Source: Eledone cirrhosa (taxonomy: Eukaryota). From it: a stretch of DNA of 64,000 nucleotides. The stretch covers positions 146,196,001 to 146,260,000 of the forward strand of contig OZ024742.1 in assembly GCA_964016885.1 (NCBI GenBank), read 5' to 3'. Below, one piece after another: positions 53,059 through 64,000 of the stretch. How positions within the stretch are numbered: position 1 is the first letter of the stretch; every line of letters starts with the position of its first letter. Both the position numbers and the translations under genes were made by a program. The notes beneath the pieces were generated by a model. The model did not search any database, was not told the DNA's origin, and was given only the letters and a program-made list of their open reading frames with translations.

Positions 53059-53239
53059 CCAGCATCATTGTTGCCTTCCAGTTCAAAATATTCAAACTTT
53101 ATCTTGATACGTTCATCACCAACGGCTTCAAAAATATAACGACAAGACACTAATTCTGGATAGTGAGATGGGAAACCAGGAGAGGTAAAAGTTCCAGATT
53201 TCTTCAGTTGACTCCGGAACATTTCATGACACTCGGAAG
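53059..53239 (-). CDS. Host-gene exon: N-terminal half of a CUB domain
   Basis: ttctttgtag acceptor and GG/GTAAGT donor, phase 1 to 2. ECHEMF..SGTFTSPGFPSHYP..VSCRYIF.A..DERIKIKFEYFELE. Joins the 47688-47878 exon in frame (GG+A = Gly). Confidence 0.9.
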
Positions 53240-53694
53240 CTACAAAGAACAAGAACAAACAAATCAAAATCAGTCGAAATCAGTCAAATTTTATGTCAAT
53301 TTTCTAATCTTTTCTTTTGTTCTTTTATTCAACAGTGGCTATGTTGGGGCACTGCATTTGAAGGTTGAGTTGTTCATATTAAAACCCAATATATATTTTG
53401 TGAAGTCTGATACTTGTTTTATCAATCTCTTTTGGGAAGCCACTAAATTACAAGACAAAGACACAATTGAAAAAGTTTGCCAAAAGTTGGGAGGACTCTT
53501 CAGCTTGTGTCAAAAGACATGACAACCTTTCCTGTTATAGAATGTATAACTGTACATAAAAGAGACTCAGTACCACCACCACCCCCTCCCAACCCCGGCC
53601 TGTCTAGGAGTTCAGTAACCTCACTTCAGTACTGACTTGGTCTATGCAGATCTATCCAACCCTTGCTAACAGGGCAAATGGACACATGATGATG

Positions 53695-53850
53695 AGGATG
53701 CTGGGAGTGATAATCCCAATTTTCAAAAAGGCAGACAAGAGAGATTGTTCCAATTACAGAGGGATTGATCTCCTTGTTAAACCCCCATGGTAAAGTCTAT
53801 GCTCAGTGTCTAGCAAAGAGAAGCAGGGAGATTGTCAAGTCCAAGCTAAA
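53695..53850 (+). mobile_element. RTE RT remnant
   Basis: GVIIPIFKKADKRDCSNYRGI...GKVYAQCLAKR. Confidence 0.6.
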
Positions 53851-53904
53851 TACAGATTTGAAATACAAAAATATGTGTTGCACCCGTATTATCTATTTAA
53901 GCTT

Positions 53905-54087
53905 AGTGAATTGGCAGTATCGGTAGAGGGTCGGACGCCATGCTTTGACGCATAGAGTTACGGCCCTTGCCATTCTGAGTTCAAATCCCGCTGAGGTTAA
54001 CTTTGCCTTTCATCCTTACGGGGTCGATAAAATAAAGTACCAGTAATGTACTGGGTAATTGCTGGCCTTGTGCCTAAAGTAGAAACA
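53905..54087 (+). mobile_element. Young ATT-tailed SINE with a 17-bp TSD
   Basis: attatctatttaagctt at 53888-53904 and 54088-54104. Confidence 0.9.
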
Positions 54088-56277
54088 ATTATCTATTTAA
54101 GCTTCCCTAATTCATCAATTAATTGTACAATTTATTTAACAATGTCAATGTGAATAACAAAAAACATTGAACATATTTCTAAAAGACAAGAAATTTTTTT
54201 ATATATAAAATGCACGTGAATACCATGTAACATGCCTCTTAGCAAAGAAAGTTTGAAATAATTGAATTGATATGGTAAGAACAAAATTGTTATTACAATT
54301 GTAGAAAATTTTTATGTAATATTTTTTCAAAATATTTCTTCTAACATTATATATAAACTAACATGATGTATGAACTTTCACAATTACATGATATAAAATC
54401 TTTTATAACAATAAGACGTATGAACTTTATCATGCTAAGATGACATATCATCTTTAATATGAAGATTATAGATCAACTTTAAATACTAACATGATATATT
54501 AACGTAACGTATCATCTTTCAATCTAACGTAACCTATCATCTTTAATACTAACATGACATATCTTTAATTCTAAAATGACATAAGATATGTGATAGTTAT
54601 ATGACATGTCAACTTTGATACCACTGTGACATATGAACTTTAAATCTCACATGAATGTACAAATTTTAATTATTTAAATAAATCAGCCAAGGGTGGATAA
54701 GATGGTGCCATTAAGACCTTTACAAGCTGTGTTTGACTAGTGAGATTGATGTGGTTGATGTTCAACCTGAACATTAACAGATTAATATCTGCTAGAAAAA
54801 TCTCTCAAAACTACTTTGAATGCTTGCAACAAATTGAACTAACTATGGTAGAGGTAGTTAAGGAGGTAGGAGGTGGTGTTAAACCAGGGGTAGTATGTTA
54901 AACTGATTGCCCATGTCATACTCACACCATATACTGATATATGAACTTTATTATACTAATAGGGAAGATGCATGGTCTAGTGATTAAGGTGTTGGGTCAT
55001 GAATTCAATTCCTGTATCAGGTGGCATGTTGTGCCCGTCAGTCAATACTTTATTTCAGTTTGTTCCAGTCTACTCAGCTGGTAAAAACGAGTTGTACCTT
55101 AATTCAAAAGGCTAGTCATAAAACCTGCTGCGTCATGTTGAATCTCCCTAAGAATTACATTAAGGATACAAGTGTCTGTTAAATGCTCAGCCACTTGCAC
55201 ATTAGTTTAATGCAGAAGCTACTCCATTGAGCAAATAACTGGAATAATCATCATCAAAAATGACAGAGGTCCAATATTCGCACATTCTCATTTTACTAAT
55301 ATCACATATCAATAACTCACAGATACTTACAGCTAAATTATGTTTAACATTAGTATAAAATAGGGGTATAGTAGATTGAACAAATGCCAGTATATCACTG
55401 CTACTTGATTTACAAAAATGTTGATAGGTAAATCACCCAGTCCAGCCAGTATAGTCATAGGGCCAGAGTCACAATAAAGGGCTCGTAGTACATACTATAA
55501 ATTGGTTAGCATTAGGAAGAATATCCAGCCATAGAAGCTATCCTCTCAGTACATGCAGTAAAGTGGCTGGCATTCAAAAGGGCAGCCAGCCATAGAAACC
55601 ATGTTTCCAGTGCACATTGTAAAGTGGTTTGTGTTAGGAAGCTGCAGAAACTAGACCAAATACAGAATGTATGAGTGAGATGCAGTCACCACTCAGCCTA
55701 CTCTGAGTATGTGACAACCCTTCTAACTCATGCATGCATAGAAAATAGACACTAAATGGTGATAATGATTATATATATGGCCAAAGTAGATCTATACAAA
55801 CAATTGTCAAAGGAAAGTAGAGATATTCTTGTTTATTTATATATATATATAAAAATACAACCGATAGTCACGTCACTTTAAAAAGAGAAAAAAACACAGT
55901 AAATCTCCAAGATGGCTGACTGAATATGCACGTGTGTTTTTTCTCCCACTTTTTTTTCCTCATTTTTCCCCATTCATTTCTGTCCTCATTCTATCTTCTG
56001 ATGAAGGATTCATATACGAAATGTTAAGACTCTCTTCTTGCTATTTCTGTTTACCTTTTCCATATATATAGCCAGTGTCTGGAAGAGATGGGGTTCAATT
56101 TCTCATAACAGTTGTTGGTAAATTCTTTTCCATCTGTTAAGAGTCTTCACTCTATTTTATAAGATATTGTTATAGCATTTCTGTGCTTGAGCACTTTCCT
56201 TATACTTATATATATATAAATATATTCTCAGGGCTTCAAAATTCAGCTTTGAACATTGTTTACACACACACATGTAT

Positions 56278-57095
56278 ATATAAAACTTTAACAAGAGACA
56301 ATCTGTATAGAATGTAAGAATACATAATTCATTACAGTATCATATTAAAATTTAACAAAAATTTACATACAGGTGGAGGTGCCACGGCAAAAAAGCACCC
56401 AGCCCACACTGTAAAGTGGACATGTAGGCGCCACGAAAAAGCACCCAGCACTCACTGTAAATGAGGTTGGTGTTAGGAAGGGCATCCAGCTGTAGAAATC
56501 AAGCCAAATCAGTTCCTGTATGAGCAAGGCATGGTCAGCCGACCAGACACTGCCCACAACAGGACAACCCGTCTAACCCATGCTAGCGTGGAAGAACGGA
56601 CGTAAAACGGTGATGATGATGATGATGATGATGATACCTAATAAAAATCACATATATTTCCCTCATATGTATCCTTCAAACATGACATCTATAACTTTGA
56701 ATATAATATATATGATATTTTTATGCTCCCACTTGGTTGAGCTGTTAATATGTTGAGATGTTAGATTTCTATTTCTAGTTGGCATGAACCCTTTCATGTC
56801 ATTGCAGGTGATGACCATGTGTATTGGTTTTTTAAAAATACCATCTGGTTCTCTACTTCAGTTCTGTATGTTAACGGGTGCAAATTTAGATAGATCGATT
56901 CCCTCACTGAAAATCCAGATCGATTATCTAACTGCACCGATATTTGGTGAAATGTATTCATGATTTATGAGGGAAATATATATGATTTTTATCAGGTGTC
57001 TATATTTTAAATGTTTGTTAAATTTTAATATGATACGATAACGAACTATGTATTCTTACACTCTATACAGATTGTCTCTTGTAAAAGTTTGATAT
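56278..57095. mobile_element. Fold-back/MITE-like element with arms of about 125 bp; the left arm is interrupted by a SINE (56370-56634)
   Basis: 56280-56362 plus 56635-56670 are complementary to about 56965-57092. Internal hairpin ggtgca..ttagatagatcgat/atcgattatctaa..tgcacc. Confidence 0.75.
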
Positions 57096-57679
57096 GTCCT
57101 ATTATACATTTATATCATTAGATATTTATGTGTATATATATATATATCATTCACTGTTATGCTCAGATTTATTCTTTGAATTTTTTCTTTGAGCTTATTT
57201 TGGGAGACAAGACATGTTTGAGATTATCTCAAACATGACATCTATAACTTCGAATGTAATATGTATATATATATTTCTGATGATCATTATATATATTTCT
57301 CTTTCACGGCTGTTGATTGGCAGTAGAGAGTCAGACGCCATGCTTTCCAGCATAGTTACGTCCCTTTACAGTCAGAGTTCAAATCCCGCCGAGGTTAACT
57401 TTGCCTTTCATCCTTACGGAGTCGATAAAATAAAGTACCAGTAATGTACTGGGTAATTGATGGCCTTGTGCCAAAAGCAGAAACAATTATATATATTTCT
57501 CTTACTAATTTCAGTTATTAGACTGCTACCATTCCTGGCACTGCTCTGAAGATATATAGTTAACCAAAGTTAACCATATCAACTACAGTAGATATTTTTT
57601 TCAAGTCAATTTTGCAGGTTTTGGGGACTGAAGCCAAACCTTGCAATTGCAAAGCAAACTTTTTAACCACATAATCATG

Positions 57680-57833
<154 letters not shown>

Positions 57834-57859
57834 CACAGATGCATATATATATATATGTA

Positions 57860-58295
57860 CATAGCTTAGTGGATAGAGCATTGGGCTTGCAATTGAAAGG
57901 TTGTGAGTTCAATTCTTGGACTGGGTGATGTGTTGTTTCCTTGAGCAAGACACTTTATTTCACATTGTTCCAGTTTACTCAGCTGTAGAAATGAGATGAT
58001 AGGACTGGAGACCCTATCATTCCACTGCAAAGTCGTTGTGGAGGTACCACGTCACAAAAGCACCCAGCCCACACTGTAAAAAGTGGACATGTAGGCGCCA
58101 CGAAAAAAAAAAAAAAGCACCCAGCACTCACTGTAAATGAGGTTGGTGTTAGGAAGGGTATCAGCTGTAGAAATGAAACCAGAATCAGACAAGGTCAGCC
58201 GAGAGGACTCACTGCCCATAACAGGACAACCTGTCTAACCCATGCTAGCATGGAAGAACGGACGTAAAACGGTGATGATGATGATGATGATGATG
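57860..58295 (+). mobile_element. Full-length tRNA-derived SINE with (GAT)n tail
   Basis: A/B boxes, two copies of the aaaagcacccagc..cactgtaaa module, and a (gat)n tail. Confidence 0.85.
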
Positions 58296-58342
58296 CTATA
58301 CATATATATATATGATATATATATATACACACATATAAATAA

Positions 58343-58376
<34 letters not shown>

Positions 58377-58379
58377 AAT

Positions 58380-58453
<74 letters not shown>

Positions 58454-59105
58454 ATTGAGAGTGAGATATATATATAGAGAGAGTGATATCTACATCTGAA
58501 TCAATGATGTATTTTGGGAAGATAACAAATGTAATAATAACAACAATAATTGCAGTATAAAGAGTAGAAAATCTACTATCTGCTGGCATATTGATGATAA
58601 TACTGACTGGAGGAGGAGGATGAGATAGCATCTGATCAATGTTGTTTGACTGGTGGTGGTGGGAGGGAGGGGGTTTGCTGCTGGTGCTACTTTCACTGCC
58701 AGTTAGCTGTGGGGCTGCTACTACTGCTGCTGCCAGTTGGTAATGAGGCTGCTGATGCAGCTGTGGCTGCTTTCTCTATTGTATAACATATAGACAGCTT
58801 CATACATAATTATGTATGTGTGCGTTAGTCTAGCTATCTCTCTCTCTCTCTCTATATATATATATGATGGCTGTCCCCTCGTCATCGAGTATGGCCATTG
58901 CACGATATAACAATATTAATAATTATTAATTAATATATATATATACATACATACAAACATACAACCATACAAACATACATACATACAAACAAACATACAT
59001 ACATACATACATATATATGCAAAAATTAAACAGAAATAACAAAGAAAATGACACAGTACAATGAAGAAATATATTAGTTTAACGTTTGATATTTTAGAAA
59101 AAGAG

Positions 59106-59141
59106 TCTTAATGTTTCAGACACTAGTCCTTCATCAGAAGA
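59106..59141 (-). ncRNA. Solo minimal hammerhead-like motif (degenerate PLE-type)
   Basis: Reverse complement reads tctt CTGATGA a ggac-tagt-gtct GAAA catt aaga. Related copies at 55994-56029(+), 27650-27685(+) and 48014-48047(-). Confidence 0.55.
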
Positions 59142-60199
59142 TAGAATGAGAAATAAAAGTTGAAATAGAAAGATAAAAAGTGAGAAACGGAAATATATTT
59201 TTTTCCAGAAAAACGTGTGTAACGAAATCTCATCATATTTTCCCACAATGTTTTTCTTAGTCTACCACACAAAACCATCTTAATACTGACCTATGACCTC
59301 AGAGCCCCATAACTTAGATAACGTTCCCTGGATGAAGAACTAATGGTGCTAGTTGTACGCAGGGAGAACAATAGATAACTTTCCCTTTGGAAAAATCAGT
59401 CAGTTTCCTGATTCACAACAGACAGATGTTGCTACATATACAATACATACTCTCACTAGCCAGCCTTGCTGGGGTAGACACTAGCTGAGAAAATTTTACC
59501 ACCACAGGTCAGTTAAAAATTACTACATTTGTACACATTGGCACACTACAACTTTACATTTATTCCTTTTCTGTTGTTCATTGCTGCACATGATTTCACA
59601 GTAAATCATGTTACAAATAAAAACCTTAAAATTAGCAGTGTCTTGTTCATTTGTTTATGCTTATCTATGTGATATGGGAAAAGTATCTTCCCCCATTGTA
59701 ATATCACTTCACACCACAACAAGCGAGAACGACTTCTTGTTTCCTCTAACATGGCAAAGCTTCTCTTGACCAACTTCACTTACTCACTTACCATTATTAT
59801 TCAACCAACAAATTACTCACTCATCAACTTCACACTTCATCACTACTAGTACTACTACTACAAATGAATGAATCAACCAGGTAACAACAAAACAAAAACT
59901 CATATCAACTGCTACTAAATGTGTATTCAGTCAGCCATTTTGGAGAAATGCTGGTCAGTGGATATCTTAAATATTAGAGAGGTTTAGAAAGGAAGGTAAT
60001 AATTATATATTTTGAGTGGATGTGTATATTTTTTTGTGTGTGTGTAAGTCTGTTCATTTGTACAAAGTTTTAAAGGAAAGAGGTGAGAAGGGATGGTGTC
60101 AGTAATGAAGGTTTTGAAGCAAAGAAGGATATGGCACAGCAGGGGAAAGGTAGAAGGGTGGTAGGTGAGGGGGTGAAGGAATGTTGGTGTTGGAGCAAG

Positions 60200-61205
60200 A
60201 GCAGTTGTTGGGAAGGAGGGCTGCTGTGTGATCAGTATCATGGGTGTTGGTAAGGACAGCTTGGATCAACGGGGAGGATATCCATATTGGATGAAGTGAA
60301 AAGCCATGAATTGGGACTAGATCTCAAAGATATGGCCTTGGTGACAGAGCTAATGTAAATAGGAATTGTGAGAGATTTTTAGTGTGGAAGGTGGTGAAGT
60401 TGAGATAGGAGTGGGAGTCAGTAAGTTTGAAGAAGATGGAGGTAGAGAAGTTGTGGTGAGTGTAGAGATGGATGGGTCTAGTATACTGGCAGAAGATCTG
60501 GGCCTCAATGTAACCAACAAATAAGTTGGCAGAGTTCGGGCTCATTCTGGTTCCCATGGCTCCACCAGAGACCTGCTGGTAAAATTCTCTGGAAAAGGAA
60601 CAACCATTGGGTGTGAGAATGAGTCAGCAAGGCAGAGAAAAGTGGAAGTACTAGGGTAGGGTGTAGGGTTTACACCCTACACCCTACCCTAGTGTCGGAG
60701 AGCATGGAGACTGTCATTGTGAAGGATGACGGTGTAGAGAGAGGTGATGTCCAGGGTGAAGAGAAAGTAAATGGGGCCAAGAGAGAATGAGTTAACTAGT
60801 TGAAGAGCATGATTAATGTTGAGGATGTGGTAGGGGAAGTTGGTAACTAAGAGGGCAAGGAGAGTGTCAAGGTATTGAGAGATTATTTCAGTGGAGTAGT
60901 TGCAAGTGAAAATGATAGGATGGCCTGGATTATTAGGGTTATGTATCTTGGGGAGGAAATATATGGTGTGTGTGTGAGGGGTGGGTATCATAAGATTTGT
61001 GGCTGCATAGGGGGTAGGAGAGAGGAGAAGATGAGTTGTCAAATGGTCAAGGACACGAGCTGTTGGAGGCTGGGGTGGGGCCAGAATATAAAGGACGGTA
61101 AAATTAAGTGTTGTGAAGCTAGCAGATGGCCTTAGTCCTGTAGAGATGTGCACACCACATCACCATGGCACTACCTTTATCAGCGGGTTTAATTACAATG
61201 TCATT
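60200..61205 (-). mobile_element. Degenerate Penelope-like RT of a different clade (Neptune/Poseidon-like)
   Basis: DIVIKPADKG, YFLPKIHNPNNPG.PII, FTLDITSLYT.I, AMGTRMSP..ANLFV, K.TDSHSYL. Confidence 0.75.
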
Positions 61206-61601
61206 GTGGTACAGCAAGCAATGCATTGCGGTGTATGGAGAGAGTGTGTGCTGAAAGGGACCCAGCCAATCCATCCATGCAAGCGTGGAAAAACAGACAT
61301 AGAAACTATGATGGTGATGATATGTAGTGTCAAGAGTTTCCAGAGAATAAAGTAAAAAGGGCACTCTATGTTACGTACTGAGCTAAAGCATATTATAAAT
61401 AATTTCTCAACACAGTTGCATGCTACCTAAGGTTTCAAAGCCAACTATAGCATACATCATAAAGATGCGATATCAACTATCATTGCTTATCTTTCAGGAA
61501 ATACCAGGTAACATGCAACTGTGTTGTGAATTAATCAATAATAATATTTACATATATACATGGCCGTTTGTAACTTTAGTTATATACCTAACTAACACAC
61601 T

Positions 61602-61667
<66 letters not shown>

Positions 61668-61911
61668 ATATTTTCATGCATACATATATATTCCTTCCTA
61701 CATACAATTATCCATGTATGTATAAATAAAAATAAATATAGTTATAAACATAAGATGTATATAACTAAGTGAATCCATTATCTTTCCAGCTACATTGACA
61801 AAAATCAAGATGACTTCGTTGCCTGAGGACATAATAATGCTCACACTTTGTAAAACAAACTAATGATGTATATAATTTAAACACCCTTCTGGATAGAAGC
61901 CTGTGCTGTCA

Positions 61912-61977
<66 letters not shown>

Positions 61978-62480
61978 TGACATCTTATATATATATATAC
62001 ATATTATACACACACTGACATCTCATCTCACATAAACATATACGTATGCAGTTACTGTTCCTTGGATATAACTACCTCTGGTATTATATATAATGGCTTT
62101 ATATCATTATAGAGAATCAATACTTGATGTATTTCTATTGACTATTTTTATTTTATTTTATTTTTTTTTATTCATGTAGTAGAAAGACTATCACAAAATA
62201 TGTTTCTGTTGGGATAGTTTTTTAAATATAAGTATATATCGTCATCATCATCATCATTTGGCTAGATCTGTTGTCATGCTTGAGACTAAATGGTTTGGAC
62301 ACTATAGCTTGCTCATATTCTGTTCTATATTTTGACATGCCTTCTATGGCTGGATGCAATTCCTAATACCGACCAGTTTACAGAATGCACTGGGTTCATT
62401 TTATCACAGCACCAGCACAAGAAAGTCTGTCATGTGCACTGAGTATATTTTATCATGACACCAACACTGCATACACACAG

Positions 62481-62557
<77 letters not shown>

Positions 62558-62560
<3 letters not shown>

Positions 62561-63795
62561 TTAGCTTTTGTCAACCTGGAGAAAGCCTTCGACAGAGTCC
62601 CCCGCTCCATTATCTGGTGGGCTCTTAGAAAACTAGGCGTTGACGAATGGCTTGTGAGGGCTATACAAGCCATGTATAAAGAAACAGTCAGCAAGGTTAG
62701 AATTAACAACGAATATAGTGAAGAGTTTAGCGTAAAAGTTGGCGTCCATCAGGGCTCTGTTCTCAGCCCCCTACTATTTATTATTGCCCTTCAGGCTATA
62801 ACAGAGGAGTTCAAGACAGGCTGCCCATGGGAACTCCTATACGCAGATGACCTGACACTCATAGTGGAATCAATGGCCGAGTTGAGAAGAAATTCCAAAC
62901 ATGGAAGCACGGCCTAGAGTCAAAAGGACTTAAAATTAAACTGGCTAAGACCAAAGTTCTAGTTTGTAGGAAAGAAAACAAGGCGGCCGTCCCTTCTGGG
63001 AAATGGTCGTGCTCGGTGTGTAGGAAAGGCGTAGGTAGAAACTCCATTTTATGTCCTAAATGCAAAGTATGGGTGCATAAAAGATGTAGTGGGATCACAG
63101 GTAAGCTAACTAAGAACATAGATTTTACATGTGGCCGGTGTTCTGGTGCAATAAGTAGCAGCAAGTGCCCACAAAATACTAGCTCTTTCAATTGCGCAGA
63201 GGGTTCTATAGAAATAGTGGACAGCTTCCGTTACCTGGGCGATAAAATCAGCAGTGGGGGAGGGTGCTCTGAAAGTACTGTAGCTAGAGTCAGAACTGGT
63301 TGGAAAAAGTTCAGAGAGCTTATACCACTATTAGCTGCTAAAGAGTTCTCCCTAAAAATGAAAGGCAGGTTGTACGATGCCTGCATACGAACAGCAATGT
63401 TGCATGGCAGTGAGACCTGGGCATTGTGTGCAGAGGATATACGCAGACTAGAGAGGAACGAAGCTTGCATGCTCCGCTGGATGTGTAACAGTAATATACG
63501 TGAACGGCAAAGCAGAAACGAACTAAGGAAAAAATTAGAGATAAGAGGGATCAGATGTTGTTTACTCGAGAGAAGGCTACGTTGGTATGGACACGTGATG
63601 CGCATGAAAGTCGATAGCTGTATAACAAAGTACAGGGCAATAAAGATAGACGGTAGTCACGGAATAGGCAGACCTAGAAAAACCTGGGACGAGCTGATAA
63701 ACTCCGACATCACACACTTACACCTCTCCAAGACAATGTCACTGGACCGAGACCTTTGGCGGTACTCAGTAACAGAGAAGACCCGCCTTACCTAA
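62558..63795 (+). mobile_element. RTE-clade LINE, 5-prime truncated at a (TA)n tract
   Basis: AFVNLEKAFDRVPR, GVHQGSVLSP, LLYADD, CRKGVGRNSI.C..C..WVHKRC, FRYLG, RRLRWYGHVMR, GRPRKTW. Confidence 0.92.
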
Positions 63796-64000
63796 ATATA
63801 TATAGTAAAACCTACTCCAGCCAGTAGGCATCTCTAACAAAATACACCCCCGTCCCACCACCACCACCCCCACCCCATCCACACCACCCCGTTCTATGTA
63901 AAGTTATGTTGGTGCCGCGCCATCCAGGCCGAAACAAATGAGATCGTGTAGGTGTCACGACAAAAAAACACACAGTCCACGCTGTAATGTGGCCGTGTGT

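Noticed and set aside
54340-54660. Degenerate repeats of aacatgacatatgaacttt
   Set aside because: An old AT-rich minisatellite with irregular period and no further structure.

Overview
AT-rich, microsatellite-rich animal genomic DNA. The SINE/LINE repertoire suggests a cephalopod such as octopus; this is an inference. Host-gene content is sparse: two phase-compatible minus-strand exons (53059-53239 and 47688-47878) together encode one CUB domain. Most of the rest is retroelement-derived. (1) A disrupted Penelope-like element (RT plus GIY-YIG, with direct and inverted pLTR pieces) spans about 1.0-7.3 kb. Nested in an internal (TA)n tract of it is a 2.2-kb inverted array of a highly structured 466-bp unit, each complete copy carrying a type I hammerhead ribozyme with a palindromic minimal stem III. 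This retrozyme/circular-RNA-like element is the most interesting feature of the window. (2) A 5.2-kb array of a 48-bp unit grew out of a SINE internal module; it is open in one frame for 1735 codons. (3) A 16-kb pile-up of elements sits on (TAA)n tracts: three R4/Dong-type RLE retrotransposons, a near-intact Tx1/L1-type element in the opposite orientation, and SINEs. (4) There are also many RTE fragments, tRNA-derived SINEs, solo degenerate hammerheads and several long hairpins. All calls are by eye, without database searches; boundaries of degenerate elements are approximate.
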